From Actinomycetota bacterium (GTDB lineage Bacteria; Actinomycetota; UBA4738; HRBIN12): 64,000 nt of DNA. Position 1 is the first letter of the stretch. Each line of letters begins with the position of its first letter. The notes beneath the pieces are model-generated. The model searched no databases. It saw nothing but the letters and a program-made list of their open reading frames with translations, and had not been told where the DNA came from. Shown here piece after piece: positions 47,037-57,933 of this stretch. Both the position numbers and the translations under genes were made by a program. The stretch spans positions 13,993 to 77,992 of the forward strand of contig DATAPH010000060.1 in assembly GCA_036265325.1 (NCBI GenBank). The letters run 5' to 3'.

Positions 47037-48281
47037 TCAGGAGCAGCGGGGTGGGACCCAGAACGGTGTCCGCTGCGCTGCGCTGCGCAACGACGTTTGC
47101 ACGGCGGCGAGCGCGGGCGTCGGCTGCATCTTGTCGTCGAACGGCAGCGGCCGACGGGGGGCGCCGTCCGATCGCGGGTAGTCCTCTTGAAGCCAGGTGT
47201 ACCGGTCAGACAGGCCGAAGGTCATCAGCGCGGCGATGTCGGGCTCCTGGAGCGCGGCGTTCAGATACGTCGAGTAGACGCTCGCGACCGCATCGTCGCG
47301 CTTCTGCTGGTCGGCGGGCAAACCGTCGTCGAGCACGTCCATCTCGGTGATCAAGATCTTCAAGCCTCGCTGGGCGACGTCGGAAAGGAACGTCCGGTAC
47401 GCGTCTGCGTCGAATCTCTCCGCAAACCGTGCGGCGTGCAGGTGCGCCTGGATGCCAAGCGCGTGGACCGGCACGCCCTGCGAAAGCAGCCCGTCCAGCA
47501 CATCGAGCGTGGCGGCGCGCTTGTCCGCCGCGGTGTCTGCGCCGAGGTCGGTCTCGTACCCGTAGTCGTTGTACACGAGTAGCGCCGTTGGATCCGCCGC
47601 CTGGGCCCACGTGAACGCGTCCGCGATGTAGTCCGGGCCGATCGTCGAATACCACGGGACGTTGGTGCGGACGCCGTTCGTATCGATCGCCTCGTTCACC
47701 ACGCTCCAGGCGGCGACCTTGCCTTGGTAGCGGCTCACGACGGCGTCGATGGTCGAGTGGATCAGATGCGTGGCCTTCTCGTGGCTCATGCTCCAGAGGT
47801 CGTCGTCGGTCCAGCCGTCGCCGAACCCTTCGTCCCAAACGAGATGCGCGCCGAACACCAGCATGCCGTTGCGGTTCGCGAGATCGATGATCCGGTCGCC
47901 GAACGTGAAGTCCAGGCCGGACTGCGGTGTCGGGCGGAGCCGCCACCAGAGCAGGTCGTCCTCGGTGAACAAAATGCCCGCTTCCTGTTCGAACAGCGAT
48001 CGGTACTGAGCGTCCGAGAGTTGCCAGGTCGCAGCCGAGGACCCGTAGACGAGGCCGTTGGTGAGCGCCTGCTTCCACAGTGGCGCCGAGGCATCGGCGT
48101 CCGTGAGGCAATCGACCGGGCCGGGCGATACGGAAGGAAGCACCGCCTGCGCCAACGCCGGCCCGGCGCTCGAGGATGTCCCGTCGTCGGTTGACCGGGT
48201 GCAAGCGGCGAGCACCGCCGTCGCGGATCCGGCGGCCGCCAGCAAGAATCCTCGCCTGGTGATCGCGGTATCGAGTCGCAT
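47037..48281 (-). CDS. endo-1,4-beta-xylanase, glycoside hydrolase family 10 (Tat/lipoprotein signal)
   Basis: Twin-arginine ITRRGFLLAAAG and lipobox LAAC; catalytic WSVVNEA (acid/base) and ILITEMDV (nucleophile) motifs. AGGAGG precedes the ATG. Confidence 0.85.
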   Translation of the reverse strand: MRLDTAITRRGFLLAAAGSATAVLAACTRSTDDGTSSSAGPALAQAVLPSVSPGPVDCLTDADASAPLWKQALTNGLVYGSSAATWQLSDAQYRSLFEQEAGILFTEDDLLWWRLRPTPQSGLDFTFGDRIIDLANRNGMLVFGAHLVWDEGFGDGWTDDDLWSMSHEKATHLIHSTIDAVVSRYQGKVAAWSVVNEAIDTNGVRTNVPWYSTIGPDYIADAFTWAQAADPTALLVYNDYGYETDLGADTAADKRAATLDVLDGLLSQGVPVHALGIQAHLHAARFAERFDADAYRTFLSDVAQRGLKILITEMDVLDDGLPADQQKRDDAVASVYSTYLNAALQEPDIAALMTFGLSDRYTWLQEDYPRSDGAPRRPLPFDDKMQPTPALAAVQTSLRSAAQRTPFWVPPRCS

Positions 48282-48290
48282 CGCGTCCTC

Positions 48291-49196
48291 CTAGGAAGAT
48301 CGGTCGACGACAGGTTGGTTCGAGAGGTGCTCATCGAGCTGCCGACGCGTCGGCATCCCCTCCCGCGCGCCCGAGACCGTCACCGACATCGCGGCGGCTG
48401 CGATCGCGCGTTCGACCGCCTCGCGGAGCGGGCGCCCTTCGGCGAGACCGGCGGCGAAGACCCCGCTGAAACAATCGCCCGCTCCGGTGGTGTCGACGGC
48501 GTCGACCGCCGGTGCGGACAGCTGCTCGTCGCCGTTCTCGTCGCGGATGCGGACGCCGTCGGACCCTCGGGTCTCGATTACGATCGCCCGTCGCGCCGCG
48601 TCCCCGAGCTGCTCGAGCTCGTGCTGGTTCGGGATGAGATAGGCGGTGCGGTCCCGCAGGTCGCGTACCAACTGGGCGTTCATCGGTGCCGGGTTCAGGA
48701 CGAACGCGACGTCGTGCTCGTCGCACCACTCGGCGGCCGCGACGACCGCCGCATCTGGTACCTCGAGACTCGCGAGTACCACCGAGGGCGTCGAGTGCTC
48801 GAGCGCCTCCCGAACGACCTGTGGGTCCAACGCGTCGTTCGCGCCCGGCGCGACCGCGATCTGGTTCTCTCCCTTGCGGTCGACGAGGATCAGCGCGACG
48901 CCGGTCGGCAGGTCGGAGGCCGGCTCGGCGGGTTCAAGCGTGATCCGTTCCCCCCGCAGCGCGTCGAGCGCTTCCCGGCCGAGGTCGTCCCGACCGACCG
49001 CGCAGATCATCACGACATCGCCCGCGTCGCCGAGCGCCCGCGCTGCACCGACCGCCTGGTTCCCTCCCTTCCCACCTTGATGGCGCGAAAAGGTCCCGTC
49101 GGTCATCGTTTCGCCGGCCACGGGCAGGCGCTCGAGCTGCACGACGAGATCCACGTTCACGGCGCCGACGACGGCAACGCGCGGCTTCGCGCTCAT
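48291..49196 (-). CDS. rbsK: ribokinase / PfkB family carbohydrate kinase
   Basis: GGKGGNQAVGAA (PfkB signature 1) and DTTGAGDCFSGVFA (signature 2). Start at MSAKPRV forms an ATGA overlap with the upstream deacetylase. Confidence 0.85.
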   Translation of the reverse strand: MSAKPRVAVVGAVNVDLVVQLERLPVAGETMTDGTFSRHQGGKGGNQAVGAARALGDAGDVVMICAVGRDDLGREALDALRGERITLEPAEPASDLPTGVALILVDRKGENQIAVAPGANDALDPQVVREALEHSTPSVVLASLEVPDAAVVAAAEWCDEHDVAFVLNPAPMNAQLVRDLRDRTAYLIPNQHELEQLGDAARRAIVIETRGSDGVRIRDENGDEQLSAPAVDAVDTTGAGDCFSGVFAAGLAEGRPLREAVERAIAAAAMSVTVSGAREGMPTRRQLDEHLSNQPVVDRSS

Positions 49197-49981
49197 AAGC
49201 GACCGCCCTTCGATGCATCGATCCCCGCGAACAGATCCGGCCGCGGCTCGTTCATGTCCTGGCGTGGCCGTGCCTGCGCGAACGCCTCCTCGTCGAGATA
49301 GATCCAGCGGAGCGATTCGGGGATCCGTTCCCACTCGCAGATCTGGGTGCGGTGGGCGAGGATCGCCTGCAGCTTCGTCGAAAGGTAGGGACGCGCGTCG
49401 AATCGCACGGCGATCTCTTCGTCCGGGACGCCGGTGACGTCGAACAGATCGCCTTCCTCACCGTATCCGGTTTCTTCGTCAAGGTGCGCGTAGAAGCGGT
49501 CGACGTCGGCGCGAGGGAGCGCGACGTGGAACAGAGAGGCGGGAGCGTCCTCGGGCCCGAGGCCATCGAACGCGGCGGTCGTCGCCTCGCCCACGCGGAT
49601 GTGGTCGTGATGCGACGTCATACCGTCCGGGCCGAACGTCACCACGACGTCGGGCCGGACGCCGAGCAACACGTCCGTGATCTGGCCTACGAGATCTTCG
49701 AAGGGAACGTCTGGCAGGTAGTAGTCGGGTAGCCGCAGGAACCGCGACGTCGTCGACTCGGCAACGCCTAGTGCTTCCATCGCCGCCCGCTGTTCGGTTT
49801 CGCGAACCGCGCCGAGCTCTTCTCTCGGGACGGCTTCTGGGTCGGTGATCGGTCCTGCCTCACCGCTGGTCGCGAACACTAACGTCGTCTCGAGCTCGTC
49901 CCGATGCGCGATGAGCGTCGCTCCGAGCGAGTACACGTCGTCGTCGGGGTGGGCGAAGACGCCGAGCAACTTGATCGTCAT
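49193..49981 (-). CDS. PIG-L family deacetylase (LmbE/MshB/Mca-like N-acetylglucosaminyl deacetylase)
   Basis: VFAHPDDDV zinc-binding motif and downstream HxxH. Start at MTIKLLG; ATGA overlap with the upstream gene. Confidence 0.85.
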   Translation of the reverse strand: MTIKLLGVFAHPDDDVYSLGATLIAHRDELETTLVFATSGEAGPITDPEAVPREELGAVRETEQRAAMEALGVAESTTSRFLRLPDYYLPDVPFEDLVGQITDVLLGVRPDVVVTFGPDGMTSHHDHIRVGEATTAAFDGLGPEDAPASLFHVALPRADVDRFYAHLDEETGYGEEGDLFDVTGVPDEEIAVRFDARPYLSTKLQAILAHRTQICEWERIPESLRWIYLDEEAFAQARPRQDMNEPRPDLFAGIDASKGGRL

Positions 49982-52079
49982 CGGTCCAGGACCGCGATCG
50001 CGTACAAGGGCACGTCGCGGATCCGAAGGCGCACGAGCGAGCCGTCCGTTTCCCACTCCAGCTTCGCCTGACCCAGCGGATCGACGATTTCGCACGACGA
50101 GACCGGGAACGGAACCCGAACCTCGAGCCCGAGGTCGTCGAGCGGCGCCACGACGTCGTCGAGCTCGTCGTAGCGGATCAGATGCAACGCGGCGCCCCGC
50201 TCGATCGCCTGGAGCGTGGTCGCCGCGTCGGTCGGTCCGCCGCCGGTCAGGCGGACCTGCGGGCCATCGAGGATCATCTCTGTCGAGAATGACGGCAACG
50301 AACGGACATTGGCGTGGGACGCGAGCGCGTCCCGGCGCTCGGCGGCCAAGTTCGATCCGAGTTCGCCGATAGCGAGCACATGTCCGCCGCCGTCGAGGAA
50401 GCGTTCGACCAGATCCACCTGTGCCTCGGTCAGGAACGAGCAGCTCGGAAGGATCACGGTCCGGTACGAGCTGAGGTCCTGACGTTCGGGATCGTCAGGC
50501 CGCGTGTCGCCGTCGGGGAAGAAGACCACGTCGTACGGCTGCATCGCGTCCGAGAGCGCGTCGCTCACGATGCCGAACGGGTGCTCGCCTTCCGGCATCT
50601 CGTTCGTCCGGTTATCGGCCATCACCTCGCGCGCGGCGAGGGCTCGGTAGTTGCTCTCGATCGAGAAGACGACCGCGACCTCCGCGAGCGACGGATCACG
50701 TCCGAACAGGTCCTCGTGCTCGGCCAGGAACGTCTGGATCTCGACGGCGAGATCGTGCGGCGGGTAGAAGGCGTCCTCGATCACGCTTCCCATCCACGCG
50801 CCGTACGGGACGCTCATGTTCGCGCCGAGCGCCGCCGCCTCGTACAACGAGCGGCGGAAGCGGTCGTAGCCGCGACCCTCCTGTAACGCATCGACGAGCT
50901 CCGGGACGACACCGCCGTACGGGTTCTCGACGACGACCACCGGCTTCGGGCCGCCGAACCCGGCGGCGTACCGGTACCAGGACGGCTGCCGATAGGTCGT
51001 GTTCCGCATCTCGGTGACGATCACGTCGACCTTCGGCTCGAGCGCGAAGTAGTGGTCGAACAGATGGAAGAAGTTTCCCGAGATCCGGATCTCGCGCCCG
51101 ACGCTCGCCGCGTACTCGCGCGCGTAGTCCGCGAGCTCGCCGAAGTAGCGAGCGATGTTCCGCCGCTGGAAACGCAGGTAGTCGTAGAACAGCGGCGCAG
51201 CCTCGCGGTCGGACTTGAAGTCGTGGCCCCGTTCCAACAGCCACTCGCCGTAGTGGAACGTGGCGAGGTCGGTGGCGTCGAGTTCGGCCGGCCGCTCATC
51301 CGCCGACAGTTCTGCCAGGTACCCGCGGAACCCGCGCATGCACGTATCGCAGAAGCAGCCGCCGTACTGGAGCGACGTGATCGGCACCTCCGACTCGTCG
51401 AAGTGCACTCCTTGGACGCCTGCGTCGATCTGGATGCGCACGACCGCCTTGAGGTACTCGCGCCAGACCGGATTGTTGCGGTCCATCATGTAGTTCCAGT
51501 GCGTCGCGCCCGGGACCTCGATCCACAGGGCGTGGCAGGGCTCGCCGTAGATATCCCGTTGCGCGCATTCCTCGAGGATGTCGGTCACCTCCTCGCCGTC
51601 CGCGTTGCGCACACCGTCAGGGAAGTAGTGCGCACGGGGAGGCCACAGCTTCGGATAGCGGTCGTCCCAGAACTCGCGGATTCCGAGCCAGCCGGGCGTC
51701 CCGACGCCGCGGGTCTCGTTGAGCGATAAGACGGTGTCTTCCGCGTCGTTGAACTCGGCAGGGAATTCCCACGCGTGCTCGAAGACCACACCGAACACGT
51801 CGATCCCGCGTCGGCCGCATTCCGCGATGAAGTCGGCGTCATTCACGAACCCGTACATCCGGAAGCGCGGTGGGACGGGGCCGAACGCCTCTTCCTCTAG
51901 GTAGGGGAGCGACAGCGCGCCGCCGCCGAGCGCGGCCCATACGAGCATCGTGCCGCGGTAGGCCTCGATGTGATCGATCATCCGTAGTCGCCGTGGCGGC
52001 AGGCTCGGATGATAGTTGTGCTGCAATGGGAACCAGGCGTCGAAGTAGATGCCTCGCTCGGGGCGCGGGGCGGTTCGGG

Positions 52080-52083
<4 letters not shown>
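49978..52083 (-). CDS. uncharacterised 701-aa protein, putative glycoside hydrolase (N-terminal TIM-barrel-like region plus C-terminal GH42-type trimerisation/class I GATase-like domain)
   Basis: Strongly coding (GC3-rich) with 4-nt overlaps to both neighbours. C-terminal [10 protein letters not shown]...[11 protein letters not shown]...[14 protein letters not shown] resembles the beta-galactosidase trimerisation domain. I recognise no named family signature. Confidence 0.75.
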
Positions 52084-53291
<1,208 letters not shown>

Positions 53292-53295
53292 ACCA

Positions 53296-53802
53296 TCACC
53301 CCCTTTCGATCTCGATCGGCGCGTCTTCGAACCGGACGACCGTCACGTCGTCGCGACCGGTCCCCGCAAGCAACAGCACGATCGCCTTGGCCGGCTCTTC
53401 GGCGATCGGCGCGCCGTGCCAGACGGCCGGATCCATCACGACCCCGGAGCCGGGTGGTATCCGGAACACCTGGAAGGCGTCGAACGGCGGCAGCCGGTCC
53501 GGCTCGTCCGGGTGATCGGGCGGCGCGACGTACACAAGGCACCCGCCGCTGACCGGCACGATCGCTTCTTGCGAACGAAGGTGCCGTTCGGCCCAATCGA
53601 ACCGAGGCGGCGGCGACGGTTCGAGGTCGAGATAGCCGACGGCCCACGGGCGCCCGTCGTCCTTGAGCACCACCGTCTCCGCCCACCACTGCCAGCCGGG
53701 GCCGGTGGCGTCGTGGGCGCGGGCCGGCGTGTGCACGACCGTGCCGAACGGCGCGAAGGCGTCGTCCGTGAGGTCGTCCACCGGGAGCGTCCGCTCAGCC
53801 AT
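53296..53802 (-). CDS. cupin-fold ureidoglycolate lyase (AllA)-like protein
   Basis: 168 aa. The FAPFG...EAIVP...VWHGAP spacing mirrors the ureidoglycolate lyase family. Confidence 0.6.
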   Translation of the reverse strand: MAERTLPVDDLTDDAFAPFGTVVHTPARAHDATGPGWQWWAETVVLKDDGRPWAVGYLDLEPSPPPRFDWAERHLRSQEAIVPVSGGCLVYVAPPDHPDEPDRLPPFDAFQVFRIPPGSGVVMDPAVWHGAPIAEEPAKAIVLLLAGTGRDDVTVVRFEDAPIEIERG

Positions 53803-56800
53803 CGGTGGCCTCCGCGGATGTCAGCGCGCCGAGGTCGAACGTGAAGGAGGCGTGCGCCACGATCCTCGGGACACCGGCGAGCCCGGACGGCCGGTCGACC
53901 GCGTTGATCAGGTTTGCCAGTGTGTTCGTCACCGAGATCGCGAGCTCGTTCGTGCCTGCATGCAGGTGCTCCGTGAGTTCGACCACGTACGGGTCCCACA
54001 GACGCACGCCGGCGGGCACGCCGTTGACGTGCACCTCGAGGACGTCGTCGTTCATCGGCACGTCCAAGAACCACCGGTGGTCCGCGAACGACGCAGGCAG
54101 CTCGACGGTGTGCCGGTAGACGCCCGTTCCCGAATAGAACGGGTATCCCTGCTCGGTCCAGACGCGCGGGTCGACGTCCGTCACGGGCGCGGCGATGCGA
54201 TAGCCCGCCTCTGCATCGCCCGCCAGCGAGAAGGTGCCCGTTAGCTTCACGTTGTCGACGATGCCGCCCGTCGACCCCTCGACGACCAAGCGCACGCCGA
54301 GCACGTTGCGGCCCGTTCGAACGAGCGGCGTCAGATCCACGCTCTGCATCTGTGAATCGAAGCTCGACCGCACGGGGGTGGCGCTGACCGGCTCGCCGTT
54401 GAGGAACAGCGTGTGGCCGGAGCCGTCGAACCCGTCGATCACGACCTCAAGCCGCTCGGGCACGTTGTCGACGTCGAAGGGGATCCGATATCGGACGGGG
54501 ATCGGGTAGGGACGATCGGGCTCCGCGGGCAGCTGATAGGACCACGCGCCCGGTCGAAGGTCGAGCCAGTCGCCATCGTCGACGTCGTTCGTCGACCACG
54601 AGCCGTCGGCCTGGCCGTCGTCGATCGAGGCGCGGAACGAGCGCAGCACGAGCCCGTTCGCGCCTTCCGTCTCGAAGCGGAACCTTCCGTCGAGCACGAT
54701 CGGCTCGGGCGCCGGCGGGACGTCGAGGGCGGCGCGTTCGACGTGCCCGTTCCGCCGTACATCGATCCACCCCTGCTCCGTCGCGGCGTGCCCGAACGCG
54801 CTGCTCGCGTCGACCCGTTCGAGCGTGATGTTCGTTCCGACCACCGCCGGACCGGTCGTCACGTTCGTGACGATGAACGCCGACCCAACGGCCGGCAGTG
54901 CGAGGTCGAACGACGTTCGGCCGTTCGACACGTCGATCGGCCCAACCGGAAGCTCCTCGCCGGTCGTCGGGTCCCACAGCGCGGGCAGCACCTCACCGGC
55001 CAGCGAGAGCCGGCCTGCCTGCGGCTCGAACGTCGTGTTCACCGCGAAGAAGACGTCGCGATCGTCCTTGACGCGGTGCAGAACGAAGATCTCTTCGTTG
55101 TCCAGCACGACGTCAGGGTCGATCAGCTGGCCGATGGCGCGACGAAGTTCCGCCTCGAGCAGCGAGCCACCGCCGATCGCGTCATCCAGCAGCGCCCGCC
55201 AGTCTCCCTCGACCAACCCGCTCAACACGCCGTTCACGCGGTCGGCAACGTCGACGAGCCCGTCGTGACTCATCGCTCGGTCGGGCCGCCGCAAGACGCC
55301 GAGCACCTTGCCGCCGTCCGACGCGAACCGCTCGAGCGCCTCGACGGTCGACAGCTGAACGAACGGCATCGGGGGCACGATCACCAACTCGTAGGACTCG
55401 TCGGCGACCCGCACCCGGCCACCCGACACGTCCGCCTCCGCAAGCACGTCCTCGTCGAGGTAGTCGAAGTCGTGGTGCAGCCGGAGCAGCCGGTCGGTGA
55501 TCGCGTTGAGACCGCCCTCGATCTCCTCGGCCGCCGGCGTCGGCTCCTGCGGGATGTACGAGCCGAACATCGCGTTGATCGGCCAGAGCACCGCGACCTT
55601 GGCGACGTGCCGGCCGCCCGTGAGCGTTTCCGACAGGCGAGACATATAGGCGGAGAAGTGCTCGTAGTACCGCCACCATGGGTACTGGTAGAACATCGAC
55701 GGCGGCCAGTCGCGCTTCCGCGGCCCCTCGAGCGTGTAGTGGAACCCGTGTGGATTGAGGACGTTCACGCCGAGGACGTACTCCCAGTCGGCGATCCACT
55801 TCATGCGCTGCATCGTCGCGTCCATGTGGATGCCGCCGAACGACTCGCAGATCAGCCGTTCGGAGCCGAAGTGATGCGCCGCCGAGCTCGCGACCTTGAT
55901 CGCGACGTGCTGGTCGGGCGAGGACCGGGTCCCGATCACGGGGTACAGGTGGTCGACGGCAACGACGTCCATCTCGCGGTAGTGCGAGAAGAGGTTGCCC
56001 TCGACGCGCACGACGCGACGCAGCCACTCTTCGTAGAGGAGGTGCGCGGTGAACGCGACGCCGTGCTCGGCGCACCACTCACCGAGCTGCCGGTAGTAGG
56101 CATCGGAGTAGAACGCGGTCAGTGACGTGTAGAAGTCGTACCGCACGCGGGGCGAGTCCTCGGCCACGTCGAAGAACAGGTCGGGAAGGCGACGGCGAAG
56201 GTCGTACCCGTGCCGCTCGGAGAACCGGCGGAACATGTTCTTCGTCCAGGGGACGACCGCGTTGTCCGCCGCCGTCAGGAAGTAGTGCATCGCCGGCTCA
56301 TCCGAGTAGTAGCCGACGATCCGATCGGCGAAGGCCGCACCGATCCGGTCGGCGTACGGCGCGTAGCCCTGCCGGATGAATTCCTGCGTCGCCTCGGGGT
56401 CGAGCGCGTCGATGTAGTAGTCGGCCCGCTTCTCGACCATGTAACAGAGCCGCCATGTGCCCGGCGGCACCTCCCACGGCACCACGTTGTCGAACGACAG
56501 GTTCGCCGTCAGATCGATCACGCTGCCGTCCTCGCCGATCGCGAACGCGGCGACCGGCGTCGATTTCTCGAAGTCGAGGTAGCGGCTGTCGCCCCCGGTG
56601 AGGCACATGAACCACGGACCCTGGATCGTGAAGCTGATGCATTCCAGGTAGCGCTGCGCGAGGTCCGGCCGGGCCTTCAGCACGCGCAGGTCCGCGGTGC
56701 CGCTCGGCCAGTTCATCTCGTCGTAGATCCACGTCGCGAGGCCGAGCCGCTCGGCCTCCTCGGCGGCGAGCGCGATCCGGTCCAGATACTCCTCGCCGAC

Positions 56801-56989
56801 GTACGCCAGCTCGAGCCCGAACCGCCCGTGCAGGACGACGCCCTGCATCCCCTTGGCCCGAAGCTCGCCGAGCTGGTAGCGCATCTCGTCGGGGTCGAGC
56901 TCGCCGTTCAGGAACCAGAAGGGCAAGATCCCGTAGTCGCGTGACGGATCTCGGAAGGCGGCGTGGTCGAGCGGGCGTCGTTCGGTCAT
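53795..56989 (-). CDS. large glycoside hydrolase (GH106-like alpha-L-rhamnosidase-type N-terminal catalytic region; C-terminal GH2-type sugar-binding beta-sandwich domains)
   Basis: N-terminal YGILPFWFLNGELDPDEMRYQLGELRAKGMQGVVLHGRFGL matches the conserved opening of GH106-type enzymes as I recall it; 1064 aa. Family assignment is tentative. Confidence 0.75.
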   Translation of the reverse strand: MTERRPLDHAAFRDPSRDYGILPFWFLNGELDPDEMRYQLGELRAKGMQGVVLHGRFGLELAYVGEEYLDRIALAAEEAERLGLATWIYDEMNWPSGTADLRVLKARPDLAQRYLECISFTIQGPWFMCLTGGDSRYLDFEKSTPVAAFAIGEDGSVIDLTANLSFDNVVPWEVPPGTWRLCYMVEKRADYYIDALDPEATQEFIRQGYAPYADRIGAAFADRIVGYYSDEPAMHYFLTAADNAVVPWTKNMFRRFSERHGYDLRRRLPDLFFDVAEDSPRVRYDFYTSLTAFYSDAYYRQLGEWCAEHGVAFTAHLLYEEWLRRVVRVEGNLFSHYREMDVVAVDHLYPVIGTRSSPDQHVAIKVASSAAHHFGSERLICESFGGIHMDATMQRMKWIADWEYVLGVNVLNPHGFHYTLEGPRKRDWPPSMFYQYPWWRYYEHFSAYMSRLSETLTGGRHVAKVAVLWPINAMFGSYIPQEPTPAAEEIEGGLNAITDRLLRLHHDFDYLDEDVLAEADVSGGRVRVADESYELVIVPPMPFVQLSTVEALERFASDGGKVLGVLRRPDRAMSHDGLVDVADRVNGVLSGLVEGDWRALLDDAIGGGSLLEAELRRAIGQLIDPDVVLDNEEIFVLHRVKDDRDVFFAVNTTFEPQAGRLSLAGEVLPALWDPTTGEELPVGPIDVSNGRTSFDLALPAVGSAFIVTNVTTGPAVVGTNITLERVDASSAFGHAATEQGWIDVRRNGHVERAALDVPPAPEPIVLDGRFRFETEGANGLVLRSFRASIDDGQADGSWSTNDVDDGDWLDLRPGAWSYQLPAEPDRPYPIPVRYRIPFDVDNVPERLEVVIDGFDGSGHTLFLNGEPVSATPVRSSFDSQMQSVDLTPLVRTGRNVLGVRLVVEGSTGGIVDNVKLTGTFSLAGDAEAGYRIAAPVTDVDPRVWTEQGYPFYSGTGVYRHTVELPASFADHRWFLDVPMNDDVLEVHVNGVPAGVRLWDPYVVELTEHLHAGTNELAISVTNTLANLINAVDRPSGLAGVPRIVAHASFTFDLGALTSAEATDG

Positions 56990-57933
56990 GGGATCACCGT
57001 CGCTTTCACGAATCCGGTCGGTTTGTCGATCGCGGCGTGGAACGCCTCGTCGATGGCGTCCAGTGGGTAGCGGTGGGTCACAAGGTCGTCGAGGCGGATC
57101 CGGCCCGAGGTCAGCAGGCGCATGCCGGTCCGCATGCCGCCCAGGATCGTCGCGACCTCGCGGAAGTGCGCGTTCGCCACGTGGAACGCCATCCAGTTCC
57201 AGTGCGCGAGGTCGATCGTGCGCGGCGGCCCCTGGTGGTAGCCGACGATCGCCACGGTCCCGCTCATCCTCGTGACCTGACCGAGCGCGTCGAGACCAGG
57301 CTGCACGCCGGTCGCCTCGAACGAGACGTCCGCGCCGCGGCCGTCGGTCAGCTCGCGCACGATCGCCGGCAGGTCCTCGTGCGTTACGTCGACCGTGCGG
57401 GTCGCGCCGAGCGCCGCCGCGCGCTCAAGCGCGTCGGCACGGGTGTCGGCGACGATCACCTGTCGCGGACCGCGCAGCTCGACCAGCTTCTGGACGAGGT
57501 TGCCCATGAACCCTGCGCCGATCAGCACGACGTCGTCGCCGAGCGAAGGGTCTGCGAGCTCGACCGCGTTGACCGCGCACGCGAGCGGCTCACCCAGGGC
57601 GACCTCGAGCGGGACGTCGCCGGCCGGGAAGCAGTAGTCAGCACGGACGGCGACGAGCTCGCCGTAGCCGCGCGTCGTCACCCACGCCGCGACACGATCA
57701 CCGGTTGCGAGCGTCTCTACCTCAGCTCCGATGCGCTCCACAACACCGCTGACCTCGTGCCCCGGGTACCACGGGTAGGTCGCGTGCCCGGCGAGCCCGC
57801 GGTACATATCGAGCTCCGAAGTACAGACGCCGCACGCCGCGACCCGGAGCAGCACCTCGTCGGGCGCGATCGTCGGCTCGGGCTCGTCCACGAGCTCGAA
57901 CCGCTTCGGCTCCGGCAGGACGGCCAGGCGCAT
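56986..57933 (-). CDS. zinc-binding alcohol/polyol dehydrogenase (MDR family, sorbitol/threonine dehydrogenase-like)
   Basis: CGVCTSELDMY and GHEVSGVV catalytic-zinc motifs; GAGFMG Rossmann motif. Start at MRLAVLPEP; the 119-aa Arg-rich extension in the track is rejected. Confidence 0.85.
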   Translation of the reverse strand: MRLAVLPEPKRFELVDEPEPTIAPDEVLLRVAACGVCTSELDMYRGLAGHATYPWYPGHEVSGVVERIGAEVETLATGDRVAAWVTTRGYGELVAVRADYCFPAGDVPLEVALGEPLACAVNAVELADPSLGDDVVLIGAGFMGNLVQKLVELRGPRQVIVADTRADALERAAALGATRTVDVTHEDLPAIVRELTDGRGADVSFEATGVQPGLDALGQVTRMSGTVAIVGYHQGPPRTIDLAHWNWMAFHVANAHFREVATILGGMRTGMRLLTSGRIRLDDLVTHRYPLDAIDEAFHAAIDKPTGFVKATVIP